DNA of 64,000 nucleotides from Candidatus Krumholzibacteriia bacterium (GCA_963836185.1 CAWIIQ010000001.1:896001-960000); one strand, 5' to 3'. Shown: positions 28,784 to 39,319, counted from the first letter of the stretch. Program-made: numbers and translations. The notes: generated by a model from the sequence alone, not told the origin.

Positions 28784-28876
28784 GCATGCCTTTACGGTTC
28801 GGGACTGCTGCGGACATCAGGAACGACGAATATAGTCTAATAGTCGAAAGTGTTCAATGGAGAAGGGGGAGCAGCG

Positions 28877-29404
28877 TCATCTGTGGATAGTCTTGATCCC
28901 GCCCCAGGTGCTCTGTTCGGTCGAGGTAAGTACGGGAAGCGTGATGGAGTAGACCCACAACTCTCCCGCGGTACTGGTAGTAAGCCTTGCCTTGTACACG
29001 GGGCCGTACAGCCCGAGGATGTCTCCGCCGAGTGAGAGGATGTTGCAGCTGCAGCTTCCGAATCCGGCGCCGGTGAAATCGAAGGGGATCACCTGCTGCT
29101 CGCTGGTCAGTATGTTCGTCACGGTCAACTCGAGATGGTACTGCACGCTGTCTTCGCCCCTGGTGGCCATCCGGATCTCGTAGGTGCCGTAAGATTGTGG
29201 AGAGATATCGTACTCGACCCATTCGCCGGGGAAATCGAGGCCTGTCATCCATCCGATAAGGTTGGAGCCTACCGGATCGCCAGCTATGTCGAGGCTGTCG
29301 GTGTATTCGCTGGCGTATAGGAGGATATCCTGCGACGATGCCGCCTGCGGAAATACCAGCGACAACGTGCTAAGGGTGATGATTGCAGCGACCCTGAACT
29401 TCAT
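28877..29404 (-). CDS. Secreted protein, CBM6/35-like, with C-terminal STWGGIK motif
   Basis: Signal peptide MKFRVAAIITLSTLSLVFPQAASS; GEWVEY..G.Y motif; ends TEQSTWGGIKTIHR. Confidence 0.7.
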   Translation of the reverse strand: MKFRVAAIITLSTLSLVFPQAASSQDILLYASEYTDSLDIAGDPVGSNLIGWMTGLDFPGEWVEYDISPQSYGTYEIRMATRGEDSVQYHLELTVTNILTSEQQVIPFDFTGAGFGSCSCNILSLGGDILGLYGPVYKARLTTSTAGELWVYSITLPVLTSTEQSTWGGIKTIHR

Positions 29405-29489
29405 CTGATGGTCTCCATATAAGAAAAACTTACTTGAATTGTAAGTATATATCAGTGGGATGTTTCTGTCAATGCCGCAAGGCGATGCG

Positions 29490-31406
29490 TCAGTCTGTAT
29501 CGACCGGTCTGCCCACGAACCTGACGAATGCCAGCAGGAATCCGGCGCCCGTCGCGAGCGAGAGGACGGCGGGTACTCCTGCCGCCAGGAGGAGGTAACC
29601 GAACACGATCGATGCCGCTCCGACCGTAAGGGCATAGGGGAGCTGAGTGCGGACATGATCGACGTGGTCTGCGCCGGATGCCATCGAGGACATGATCGTC
29701 GTGTCGGAGATAGGTGAGCAGTGATCGCCGAACACCGCTCCCGCGAGGATAGCGGCTATCGATGAGTAGAGTACGCGGTCCAGCTCCGCGCCGCTTCCCG
29801 CCTCGCCCGCGAATGTTCCATAGACGAGCGGAATGACGATGGGAGTGAGTATCGACATCGTGCCCCAGGATGTACCCGTTGAGAAAGAGATGCCGACTGC
29901 CAGAAGGAAGACGAGCATCGGGAGGAACCGGGGCGAGATGAGACCCGACAAGTGATGAACCAGGTAATCGGCAGTCCTTATCTCGGAGCAGACCCTGCCG
30001 ATGCACCATGCCAGAACGAGGATGATCATTGCCGGCACCATCGATTTGATTCCGTTGACCAGCGCCATCACGGTATGCGTGAGGTCGAGCAGTCTCTGTC
30101 CCAGGGCCAGCGCGGCGGCGACGAAGCACCCTGAGAAGGATGCCCAGAGCAGCGCCTTGAAAGAATTCGATTCCTTTATAATGTCAAGAAGGCCGGCGCC
30201 GGTGACCCCCTCCGCTGCGAGGGATGACTTTCCCGTCACGATCAGCCCGATGATAGTTACGATTATCACCGTCGATATCGGAATGATGCCGTTGAGGAAA
30301 CGTGGGGCCGCCCCCGGGGCGGGAGCGATGCTCTCCGCGTCCATGTCGGACATCGGGAGGGCCGAGTCGCTCGCGAGCCTGCCGGTCGTACGCGCGCGGC
30401 GTTCAGCCTTGTACATCAGGGAATAGTCTCTCCCCGACAGTACGATTATAAGGACGAAGAGGATCGCGAGGATCGGGTAAAAGTTGTACGGGATAGCGGA
30501 GACGAACGTGCCGAGCGGATTGCGGTCGACGCCCAGCGCAGTGAAAGACTGTGCGATCAGCGAGATCTGAAATCCTATCCAGCTAGTGATCACGGCCAGC
30601 ACCGTGACGGGCGCGGCGGTGGAGTCGACTATATAGGATAGTTTCTCACGGGAGATCTTCAGCCTGTCGGTGAGGGGCCGCATCGAGTTTCCTACTATAA
30701 GCGTGTTGGTGTAATCATCGAAGAAGATCAGGACCCCGAGCAGCCATGTGGTCAGCTGTCCCCTTTTCGGAGTCGTCGCAAGTCGGGACACCTTGTCGAC
30801 GATGCCCTGCATCCCGCCCATCCTCGATGTGATACCGACCATTCCGCCGAGTAGAAGAGTAAACACTACGATCGAGACATGATCCGCTCCTTCATCCGGG
30901 CTCGAGAGTGTGCCGACTATATAGTAGTCGACTACGTGCAGGAGCGAACCGAGCGGATGGTACCCCCAGAGTATGAACGATCCGAGCCAGACTCCGGCGA
31001 GCAGCGCGACTATGACCTGCCTGAATGCCAGGGCGAAGACGATCGCGATCAGGGGCGGGAGGATCGAAAGAAGACCGTTTACCGCTCTCGTCTCTACATC
31101 CCATGTCTTTCCGCCGGCGGTCGTGCTGATACTGTGCGCGCCCGGGCCATCGATCTCGAGCATGGGGGGAGAGGCCTTCAAACCCTCTGAAGAGCCTGAA
31201 TAGACTATCTTCCCGTCCAGGGCTATGGTGACGGGGATATCGATCCCGATGTATTCTTCTGAGTATCCGGCAGGGGGCGAGTACCTGAAAGGCACCCCCT
31301 TCAGGACCGTCGTTTCAGGTGACGCTATCAGGGCAGACGGCACAATATGCAGAAGGATCATGGTGACGAGGACCGCGAGAAAAATTCGTCGCGGGAAATG
31401 GCTCAT
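29490..31406 (-). CDS. Na+/H+ antiporter NhaC-family transporter
   Basis: IFFDDY.N, DSTAAP, STGTSWGTM, GDHCSPISDTT, HVRTQLPY. Confidence 0.92.
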   Translation of the reverse strand: MSHFPRRIFLAVLVTMILLHIVPSALIASPETTVLKGVPFRYSPPAGYSEEYIGIDIPVTIALDGKIVYSGSSEGLKASPPMLEIDGPGAHSISTTAGGKTWDVETRAVNGLLSILPPLIAIVFALAFRQVIVALLAGVWLGSFILWGYHPLGSLLHVVDYYIVGTLSSPDEGADHVSIVVFTLLLGGMVGITSRMGGMQGIVDKVSRLATTPKRGQLTTWLLGVLIFFDDYTNTLIVGNSMRPLTDRLKISREKLSYIVDSTAAPVTVLAVITSWIGFQISLIAQSFTALGVDRNPLGTFVSAIPYNFYPILAILFVLIIVLSGRDYSLMYKAERRARTTGRLASDSALPMSDMDAESIAPAPGAAPRFLNGIIPISTVIIVTIIGLIVTGKSSLAAEGVTGAGLLDIIKESNSFKALLWASFSGCFVAAALALGQRLLDLTHTVMALVNGIKSMVPAMIILVLAWCIGRVCSEIRTADYLVHHLSGLISPRFLPMLVFLLAVGISFSTGTSWGTMSILTPIVIPLVYGTFAGEAGSGAELDRVLYSSIAAILAGAVFGDHCSPISDTTIMSSMASGADHVDHVRTQLPYALTVGAASIVFGYLLLAAGVPAVLSLATGAGFLLAFVRFVGRPVDTD

Positions 31407-32407
31407 CAGCCGATCTCCTTTATCGTCACTTCCATGTCCCTGCCTAGCAGGCGGGCAGCTTCCTCTACATGCGGATAAGAAGATTTTTTATTGTACTCGG
31501 CGAACCTGTCATTCGATCCGGTCTCTTTTTTAAGGATGTCAAGTGACGCGATGTCGACCGACACCATGTCGGCTCCGCACACGAATCCTGTATCATCGGC
31601 GACGACCGGACCGGAGTCAGCGATGCAGTCGCAGAGCTGCGTCATGTTCTGCATCACATTGATCGCGTAACTGCTGCCGAACTTTTCAAAGGCGATCGTT
31701 GCCGCTTCGGCGAGAAGAAAATCGAAATTCGCCGTTTTCGGCGTAATGCATTTTTCAGGGCACGAAATGATACAGTTGCTGCACCCGGGACACCACGACA
31801 CATCGAAGAAAGGACGTCCCTTGTCGAGCCGGATGTTATCGGTCGGACAGTTTTCAACGCACGCTCCGCATTCGGTGCACCCGTTTCCATACACAGGTTC
31901 GCCGCCAGTGTGTATCGCGCCCTTTGTCGACTTGGACATGCATCCCATCCCCACGTTTTTGATCGCGCCTCCCATGCCGGAGCAGATGTGACCCTTGAAA
32001 TGTGAAAGCAGGAGCACTCCGTCCGCTTCGAGTGGTTCGGAGCAGAGTTCATAGTCCATCAGCTCGCCCTTGAACGTTTCCGAGCGGTTCGAAATGAGTA
32101 TAGGGACACCCATAAAATTCTTTGTAAACCCATTTCTTGCAGCACTTTCCAGGTATCCTGCCTCGTTGTTCCTCGGGCTGGAATAGACCACGGGAGAGTC
32201 GAATATGAAGGGCCTGCACCCACGCGCCACGAGAGTGTCGATCACCTTTTTCGCGAGTTGCGGTGTGAGGTGTGTCCTGTTTCCTGGTTCTCCCATGTGC
32301 AACTTTACGAGGATCGAATCGCCATCAGAAAACACGTCGTCGAATTCTTTCTCAAGAAATTCAACGAGGGTGTTTTCATTTTTTATGTGTGTCACATCAC
32401 TTGTCAT
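31406..32407 (-). CDS. DUF362 + 4Fe-4S dicluster protein
   Basis: VKLHMGEPGN, SHFKGH, GGAIKNVGMGC, CTECGACVENCP, CPGCSNCIISCP, CDC. Confidence 0.9.
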   Translation of the reverse strand: MTSDVTHIKNENTLVEFLEKEFDDVFSDGDSILVKLHMGEPGNRTHLTPQLAKKVIDTLVARGCRPFIFDSPVVYSSPRNNEAGYLESAARNGFTKNFMGVPILISNRSETFKGELMDYELCSEPLEADGVLLLSHFKGHICSGMGGAIKNVGMGCMSKSTKGAIHTGGEPVYGNGCTECGACVENCPTDNIRLDKGRPFFDVSWCPGCSNCIISCPEKCITPKTANFDFLLAEAATIAFEKFGSSYAINVMQNMTQLCDCIADSGPVVADDTGFVCGADMVSVDIASLDILKKETGSNDRFAEYNKKSSYPHVEEAARLLGRDMEVTIKEIG

Positions 32408-32563
32408 TGAGTTGATCTTTTCCTTTGTAAGGTAGAGAAAAAAATTTTGTTTGTTCGGCGTCCATGATAGCAACGTGAAAATATCATGTCAATGTGTGCT
32501 TCTGTCTATGAAGTATGCCGCAAAAAATAATATGATTTTATTTCAAAAAAAGAATTAAAAGTC

Positions 32564-32591
32564 TTGACACTTTTTTTCACAGGTTTATAAC
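32564..32591 (+). promoter_or_regulatory. sigma70-type promoter with AT-rich UP element
   Basis: TTGACA-N16-TATAAC preceded by A/T tracts. Confidence 0.6.
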
Positions 32592-32703
32592 ATGGATTCA
32601 ATTAAAGCAGGGTTGCTTTCACTCTTACATCTGCGCTTGACTTGAAACGTGAAGGTGATGGTGTTCGCTGGTAGGCTTTCAACCTTTTCAAAGGGGTGGG
32701 CAG

Positions 32704-33147
32704 ATGGCCGCGAAGGCAAAGACCAAGAAGAAAGCCAAGGCTAAGACCAAGAGAAAGGTCAAAGTCAAGGCTAAGAAGAAGCCGAAGGCCAAGACCAAGA
32801 AGAAGGTCAAGGCCAAGGCCAAGAAGAAGCCGAAGGCTAAAGCCAAAAAGAAGGCTAAAGCCAAGAAGAAGGTAAAGGCCAAAGCCAAGAAGAAGCCGAA
32901 GGCTAAAGCCAAGAAGAAGGTCAAGGCCAAAGCTAAGAAGAAGCCGAAGGCTAAGGCCAAGAAGAAGGTCAAGGCAAAGAAGAAGCCGAAGGCTAAAGCC
33001 AAGAAGAAGGTCAAAGCCAAAGCTAAGAAGAAGCCGAAGGCTAAGGCCAAGAAGAAGGCTAAAGCTAAGCCCAAGACCAAGGCTAAAGCTAAGCCCAAGA
33101 CCAAGGCCAAAGCCAAGAAGAAGACCAAAGCTAAGAAGAAAAAATAG
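32704..33147 (+). CDS. Histone H1-like Lys/Ala-rich nucleoid protein
   Basis: Almost entirely K/A/P/V/T; repeated KAKAKKK(V/P) units; own promoter and terminator. Confidence 0.85.
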   Translation: MAAKAKTKKKAKAKTKRKVKVKAKKKPKAKTKKKVKAKAKKKPKAKAKKKAKAKKKVKAKAKKKPKAKAKKKVKAKAKKKPKAKAKKKVKAKKKPKAKAKKKVKAKAKKKPKAKAKKKAKAKPKTKAKAKPKTKAKAKKKTKAKKKK

Positions 33148-33180
33148 CGGGTCTTCGCAAATCTGAGTAATATCGGATAA

Positions 33181-33214
33181 GAGCGGGAAGCCACAGCGGC
33201 TTCCCGCTTTCTTT
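33181..33214 (+). terminator. Intrinsic terminator
   Basis: GAGCGGGAAGCC-acagc-GGCTTCCCGCTT followed by a T-rich tail. Confidence 0.75.
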
Positions 33215-33285
33215 ATTGTATTGACATCGCTACATACTGGATAAATAATTCCCCCCACTGATACTTTTACCAAAGAGGTGCTGAA

Positions 33286-33840
33286 TTGGCTGGAATCGTG
33301 CCGACGAGGGTCTTTCTTACGAAAGGCGCGGGGAGTCACAGGGAGAAGCTGACAAGTTTCGAGCTCGCTCTGAGAAGTGCGGGGATCGCACACCTGAACA
33401 TAGTCCAGGTCTCCAGTATCTTCCCGCCGGACTGCGTCCTGGTGACCAGAGTAAAAGGTATCGAGTACCTTGCACCCGGACAGATAGTCCATTGCGTTCT
33501 GAGCAGAAATAGTTCCAATGAACCGAACAGGCATATCGGCGTAGCGGTCGGGCTTGCCATACCTAAAGACAGGGAACGGTACGGATACATATCCGAGCAC
33601 CATGATTTCGGAATCAAGCAGAAGCAGCTCGGCGACTATGCGGAGGACCTGGCGGCATCGATGCTCGCGTCTACGTTCGGCATCGACATAGATCTCGAAC
33701 AGGCTTGGGACGCAAAAAAGCAGCAGTTCAAGATCGCGGGTGAGATAGTCCGCACAACGAATATCACGCAGACGGCAGTCTGCAGGGCGGGAGTATGGAC
33801 GACTGTAGTCTCGGCGGCTGTCTTCTGCAGCTACGAGTAG
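33286..33840 (+). CDS. pdaD: Pyruvoyl-dependent arginine decarboxylase
   Basis: LTSFELALR.AGI, N.VQVSSIFPP (Ser-Ser cleavage site), YGYISEHH. Confidence 0.92.
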   Translation: MAGIVPTRVFLTKGAGSHREKLTSFELALRSAGIAHLNIVQVSSIFPPDCVLVTRVKGIEYLAPGQIVHCVLSRNSSNEPNRHIGVAVGLAIPKDRERYGYISEHHDFGIKQKQLGDYAEDLAASMLASTFGIDIDLEQAWDAKKQQFKIAGEIVRTTNITQTAVCRAGVWTTVVSAAVFCSYE

Positions 33841-33846
33841 AGGGAT

Positions 33847-34677
33847 ATGGAGACGACGCACGATTTTCTCGGTGAAGAGGCGGCAGCGGAAGAGGACGGC
33901 ATTTTCGTGATAGCCGCGCCTGTGGAGGAGAGCACATCCTATATTACCGGCACGGCCAGAGCGCCCCGCGCCATACTCGAGGCCTCACTGCAGATCGAGC
34001 TGTACAACTTCAGGAAAGGTGTAGACCTCGATGGCGCTGGTATAGCGACTGTCGATACAGGGGCGCGCACTCTCGACGAACTTGTCAGTTTTATCAGGCG
34101 CGAAAAGGAGATGTTAGCCAACGGATTCAACTGTTTTATCGGCGGGGAGCATTCGATCACCCCGGTCATACTCGAGGAGATGAAGTACGGGGAGATCGGT
34201 ATCGTCTGGCTCGACGCTCATTCCGACCTGAGGGAGGAGTATCTCGGCAACCCGCGCAGCCACGCCAGCGCGGCCTGGAATTCCCTGCAGTTCGGGAATA
34301 TCGTCGAGATCGGCATACGCAGCGTTTCGAGCGGGGAAGCTGAATTCCTCGCCGGTACCGACAGGGTGAAGGTCTTTGAGAACTGGAACGAAGAGGCTGC
34401 CCGGGCGATCGACGATCTTCCCGGCAGGATATACATCTCGCTCGATTTCGACGCAATAGACCCTTCCCTGATAAGGGCGGTCGGGACGCCGGAGCCTGGG
34501 GGGCTGACCTGGGCCGGTCTGCTCGGCATCTACGATCACATATTCGCCTCAAAGACGGTGATCGGCATGGACGCCGTCGAACTCTGTCCCGACGAATCGG
34601 ACACGGCTTCGAGCTTTACAGCGGCGAAGGCTGTATACGAGGCGCTGACACGTGTAGTCGCCGCGAAAGGAAGATGA
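33847..34677 (+). CDS. speB: Agmatinase
   Basis: GGEHSIT, DAHSD, SLDFDAIDP, GTPEPGG. Confidence 0.88.
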   Translation: METTHDFLGEEAAAEEDGIFVIAAPVEESTSYITGTARAPRAILEASLQIELYNFRKGVDLDGAGIATVDTGARTLDELVSFIRREKEMLANGFNCFIGGEHSITPVILEEMKYGEIGIVWLDAHSDLREEYLGNPRSHASAAWNSLQFGNIVEIGIRSVSSGEAEFLAGTDRVKVFENWNEEAARAIDDLPGRIYISLDFDAIDPSLIRAVGTPEPGGLTWAGLLGIYDHIFASKTVIGMDAVELCPDESDTASSFTAAKAVYEALTRVVAAKGR

Positions 34678-35678
34678 TGAAAAAGAAATTCCTCAAGAAT
34701 CCTACCAGGCCAATAAAGATCGAGCCGGGAATGTCGTGTGACGGGCTGCTCGAGGGCCTGGAAGGGTGCAGTTTCCAGGGGAGACAACTGGCGACAGCTG
34801 CGAAGATATGGGCCGAGGGTCTGGACGACGACATAATCGTCTGGCTGGGCCTTGCCGGCGCGATGGTCCCAGCCGGGATGAGAAGGCTGATATCGACCCT
34901 GATAGACGAGAGTCTCATCGATGTCATCGTCTCGACCGGCGCCAACCTCTACCACGACTATTTCGAGACGGTCGGAAATTATCATCACATCGGTTCGACA
35001 AGGGTCGATGACGAGGAACTAAAGGACGCGAGTATCGACAGGATCTACGATACATATGCAGACGAGGATGTCTTCTTCGACATCGACAAGGAGATCGGGA
35101 ACTGGGCAATGAACGAGCTGGAGGACAGGCCTTATACGACGCGAGAGTTTCTCAAGCTCCTCGGAGACGAGGCGGGGAAGAACTCGAAGGGCGAACATGG
35201 TGTGCTCTCATCCGCCGCGCGCAAGGGAGTGCCTGTCTACTGCCCCGCTATAGGCGATTCCTCGATAGGGATAGGGCTGGCCGAGAAGGAGAGAAAGGTG
35301 ATCTTCGACGTCATCGGCGATGTTGAGGAGACCGCTGCGCTAGCGGCGAAGAAGCCTTCGATGGTCATCTATGTCGGTGGCGGCACGCCGAAGAACTTCA
35401 TCCAGCAGACCGAAGTGACCAATATCGTCAACGGACGCATGCTCTCGGGGCACAAGTACGCGATACAGTTCGTAGTCGATGCCCCGAACTGGGGCGGGCT
35501 GAGCGGATGCACCTTCGAGGAGGCGATCTCCTGGGGGAAGATCGCGGTCGACGCGAGGATGGTCAGCGTCCTCTGCGACGCGACTATCGCTCTTCCGATG
35601 GCGGCAGCCGCTGTGTTGTCGAGAAGAAAGGGAAAGAAGAGGCCGGGTAAACACATCTCAGAGATCGTCGACTGGTAG
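34674..35678 (+). CDS. Deoxyhypusine synthase-like protein (probable homospermidine synthase)
   Basis: AGAMVPAG, STGAN, PAIGDSSIG, GGGTPKNF, GGLSG..EA.SWGK, DATIALP. Confidence 0.9.
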   Translation: MMKKKFLKNPTRPIKIEPGMSCDGLLEGLEGCSFQGRQLATAAKIWAEGLDDDIIVWLGLAGAMVPAGMRRLISTLIDESLIDVIVSTGANLYHDYFETVGNYHHIGSTRVDDEELKDASIDRIYDTYADEDVFFDIDKEIGNWAMNELEDRPYTTREFLKLLGDEAGKNSKGEHGVLSSAARKGVPVYCPAIGDSSIGIGLAEKERKVIFDVIGDVEETAALAAKKPSMVIYVGGGTPKNFIQQTEVTNIVNGRMLSGHKYAIQFVVDAPNWGGLSGCTFEEAISWGKIAVDARMVSVLCDATIALPMAAAAVLSRRKGKKRPGKHISEIVDW

Positions 35679-35718
35679 GGTCCGGTCGAGGCGGTCGTGG
35701 TGGGGGAGATGGGAGGAT

Positions 35719-37243
35719 GTGATGATCGCCGAGATACGCTCGGGTGCGGTTGTGGGGATCGACGGGTACGGCGTAAGTGTCGAGATCGATATAGCGAGGG
35801 GACTTCCTACATTCACTATAGTGGGCATGCCCGACGCGGCAGTGAGAGAGAGCCGTGAAAGGGTCGGCGCCGCTTTGCGCAACAACGGCTTCCGGATTCC
35901 GGGAAGCAGGATCACTGTAAATCTCGCGCCGGCGGATATCAGGAAGGAGGGATCATCGTTCGACCTTCCGATAGCCATCGGGATACTCCACGCCAGCGAA
36001 CAGGCAAAGTTCTCCCTTCCTGACGATGTGCTTCTCACCGGGGAGCTCGCTCTCGATGGCAGGCTTAAGCCTGTCCGCGGTGTCCTGCCCGTCATATGTC
36101 ACGCGAAGGAGATGGGGTACAGGGCGGTGGTGATCCCGGAAGGGAACGGCGCCGAAGCCTCCGTTGCGGGCGGGATAGAGATCATTCCATGCGCTGATAT
36201 TATGGAGGCGATCGGGTCATCTCTCGGGCCGCGTCTCCCCGAGGCCGCTCGATCAGCCGCCCGAGGTCACGTTCGAAGGAGAGGGGCTCGACTTCTCGCA
36301 GGTGATCGGGCACCAGTCGGCGATAAGGGCGCTGCAGATTGCGGCCGCGGGCGGGCACCACACGATGATGGTAGGTCCGCCCGGCTCCGGCAAGACGATG
36401 CTGGCCAGAAGGTTCGCGACGATACTGCCGCCCCTTGAAGGAGACGAGACGCTCGAGGTCGCCAAGATCCTCAGCGTAACCGGCAGGCTGACTGCAAAGG
36501 CTCCGTACTCGAGACGGCCGTTCAGGGCTCCGCACCATTCGGCAAGTGACGCCGGACTGGTGGGAGGGGGGAGGCACGCAAGGCCCGGAGAGATCACGCT
36601 GGCCCACAGTGGTGTCCTCTTCCTCGACGAGCTGACCGAGTTTCGGCGCAATGTCCTCGAGACACTGAGGCAGCCGCTCGAAGAGGGAAGCATCGTTATC
36701 GCAAGGGCTGGTGCGGTGTGCCGGTATCCGGCGAGGTTCCAGCTTCTCGCAGCGATGAATCCGTGCTCCTGCGGTTTCCGCGGTTCCCCGTCGCGAAGCT
36801 GTAGCTGTACCCCGGCGGCGGTAAAACGATACCTGTCGAAGATCTCCGGGCCCCTTCTCGACCGCGTCTCCATTCATATACCGGTGATGGTGGTCGAGCC
36901 GGAGAGATTTGAGTCGAACGAGGAACCCCGCTGCTCGACGGGTGAGATCCTGGAGAAAGTCCAGCTTGCTGTAGAGATGCAGAAGGATAGATACAACGGA
37001 CACGGGGAGTACAGGCGCAACGCCGACCTTCCTCTTTACGCCCTGGACAGTTACTGTCCGATGGAAGAAGACGCCCGCAATCTCCTCGACCGCGCTCAGC
37101 GTACGCTGAAGTTCAGCAGCAGGTCGAGAAGGAACATCATCCAGGTATCAAGGACGATAGCTGACCTCGGTACGGCGGGAAAGATCCGCTCATCGCACAT
37201 CGCTGAAGCGATCCAGTACAGGGTTCCGCCGGATCTGCTGTGA
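35719..37243 (+). CDS. comM: YifB/ComM Mg-chelatase-like AAA ATPase (frameshift near 36200-36300)
   Basis: VGMPDAAVRESRERV and NLAPADIRKEG in one frame; GPPGSGKT, FRAPHH, LFLDE and SGPLLDR in another. Confidence 0.88.
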
Positions 37244-37276
37244 AAAAAAGCCCCGGAACCGCGAGGTCCCGGGGCT
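37243..37276 (-). terminator. Intrinsic terminator
   Basis: Minus strand AGCCCCGGGACC-tcgc-GGTTCCGGGGCT followed by T6. Confidence 0.75.
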
Positions 37277-37299
37277 GGGCGATCGATTTGACTTTAATC

Positions 37300-38451
37300 C
37301 TAGAGATCCCTGGCGTGAAGGACGTCCCTGGCGATGATCATTCTCTGGATCTCGCTCGTGCCCTCGAAGATCCTGTTGATCCTCGAGTCGCGGTACATCC
37401 TCTCGATCGGGAACTCGCAGGTGTATCCATACCCGCCGAATATCTGCATCGCCTTGTCGACGATGCGGTCGAGCGCCTCGGAGCAGTAGAGCTTGACGAT
37501 CGAGGCCTCTCTCGTCACGTTCTGGCCCTGCTCGTACATCCATGCTGTGCGGTAGAGGATCGACTCCATGTTGAAGATCTCCATCGCCATGTCGGCAAGC
37601 ATCCACTGGATAGCCTGGTTCGCCGAGATCTTCTTGCCGAACTGGACTCGCTCCTTCGAGTAGGCTGCGCTCAGGGCGAGGCATTCCTTCGCCGCGCCGA
37701 GAGCGGCGGCGCCGAGACCGAGACGGCCGGTGTTGAGGACCTTCATTCCCACGACAACACCGCGGCCCTCGCGGCCGAGGAGGTTCTCCTTCGGGACCTT
37801 GACGTCCTCGAAGACGAGCTCGGCCGTTTCCGAGCCCCTGATCCCCATCTTCTCCTCGATCTTGCCTACGCTGAATCCCTCGAACTCTTTTTCCAGGATG
37901 AAGGCACTGAGTTTTCCGTTGGCCGGGCCGCCTTTCATCTTTGCGAAAGTCGTGAAGACATCGGCGAAGCTGCCGTTGGTGATGAATATCTTTCGTCCGT
38001 TGATAAGGTAATAGTCGCCCTTGTCCTCTGCAGTCGTTTCCGAATCATATGCGTCTGAACCGGCGTTTGCCTCGGTGAGGGCGTATGCGGCGATCTTCTT
38101 GCCCTCGGCCAGGGGCACAAGATATTTCTGCTTCTGCTCCTCAGTACCGAACATGTAGATGCCGGAGCTGCCGATGCTCTGGTGCGCTCCGATGAATGTC
38201 GCCGTCGACGCGCATCCTCGGCCCATCTCTTCCTGCATGATGCAGTAACCCATCTCACCCATCCCCGCGCCGCCGTACTCGGGCGGGAAGGAAATGCCGA
38301 GGAATCCGAGATCAGCGCACTGCTGTATGATCTCGGCTGGAATCTTGTGTTCTTCGTCTATCTTTGCCGCGATCGGCTTGAGTTCGTTATTTACGAACTT
38401 GCGGACCATGTCCTTGAGCATCTTCTGTTCATCGGTGAATGTCCATTCCAT
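37300..38451 (-). CDS. Acyl-CoA dehydrogenase
   Basis: ALTEANAGSD, NGRKIFITNG, KMGIRGS, RVQFGK, IFEGTSEIQR. Confidence 0.95.
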   Translation of the reverse strand: MEWTFTDEQKMLKDMVRKFVNNELKPIAAKIDEEHKIPAEIIQQCADLGFLGISFPPEYGGAGMGEMGYCIMQEEMGRGCASTATFIGAHQSIGSSGIYMFGTEEQKQKYLVPLAEGKKIAAYALTEANAGSDAYDSETTAEDKGDYYLINGRKIFITNGSFADVFTTFAKMKGGPANGKLSAFILEKEFEGFSVGKIEEKMGIRGSETAELVFEDVKVPKENLLGREGRGVVVGMKVLNTGRLGLGAAALGAAKECLALSAAYSKERVQFGKKISANQAIQWMLADMAMEIFNMESILYRTAWMYEQGQNVTREASIVKLYCSEALDRIVDKAMQIFGGYGYTCEFPIERMYRDSRINRIFEGTSEIQRMIIARDVLHARDL

Positions 38452-38594
38452 CGGCAGCTCCTCCTTAATGTGAATTCTATATTTTTTAGAATCTTTAGAT
38501 TCTTGTGTGAATCGTCAGGATATTAATCGGATTATCAGGGGTCAAGCGAAATGAGTTGTCCCACATCCGTTCTGCGTGATAACTTACCAGTCCA

Positions 38595-39296
38595 ATGATG
38601 GTTACTGCAAGAGATGATTGGTTCCCCATCGGCCGTGAAGGCGCGACTGACCTTTTCAGGAAGGTAGTTCCGCCGATTCGGAAGGCCGTTCAGCATGAGA
38701 AGGACCCCTCCGTCACCCAGATAGCGAAACGCTCCAGGTCCCCCTTCAGGGTGCTCGTATCTACTGTTATAAGCGCCAGGACAAAGGACGAGGTGACCGG
38801 GGCGGCGAGCGAAAGGCTCTTCGCGCTCGCCGGAACGCCGGAGAAGATGTCCCGGCTGAGGGTCCCCTCCATAGAGAAGGCGATATACCCTGCGGGTTTC
38901 TATAAGACTAAGGCGAAGGCGATAAAGAACCTCTGCCGGATGCTCCTCGACGAGTACGGCGGCCAGGTGCCCGACGAGATCGAGGAACTTGTCCGGCTCC
39001 CAGGTGTGGGAAGGAAGACGGCTAACCTCGTTCTGACTCTCGGGTTCGAGAAGCCGGGGATCTGCGTCGACACTCATGTCCACCGCGTATGCAACAGGCT
39101 CGGAGCGGTCAGGACGAAGAATCCGACCGAGACCGAGTTCGCTCTCCGGGAGGTCCTCCCGAAGAGGAACTGGATCGAGATAAACGACCTGCTCGTGATG
39201 TACGGGCAGACGGTCTGCAACCCGGTATCACCGTGGTGCTCGAGATGTGGTATAATTAAGCGTTGCGGCCGCGTAGGAGTCGTTCGGTCGCGTTGA
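38595..39296 (+). CDS. nth: Endonuclease III
   Basis: HhH motif LPGVGRKTA, VDTHV, CNPVSPWCSRCGIIKRC Fe-S motif. Confidence 0.93.
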   Translation: MMVTARDDWFPIGREGATDLFRKVVPPIRKAVQHEKDPSVTQIAKRSRSPFRVLVSTVISARTKDEVTGAASERLFALAGTPEKMSRLRVPSIEKAIYPAGFYKTKAKAIKNLCRMLLDEYGGQVPDEIEELVRLPGVGRKTANLVLTLGFEKPGICVDTHVHRVCNRLGAVRTKNPTETEFALREVLPKRNWIEINDLLVMYGQTVCNPVSPWCSRCGIIKRCGRVGVVRSR

Positions 39297-39319
39297 AAGA
39301 GAATATCAAAGGAGAGGAA

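Noticed and set aside
32704-33147. Tandem repeats as a possible CRISPR array
   Set aside because: Codon-phased degenerate repeats with no unique spacers and no cas genes
32602-33861. Long antisense ORFs with repetitive hydrophobic translations (FFLALA...)
   Set aside because: Shadow ORFs of the Lys/Ala repeat gene and pdaD
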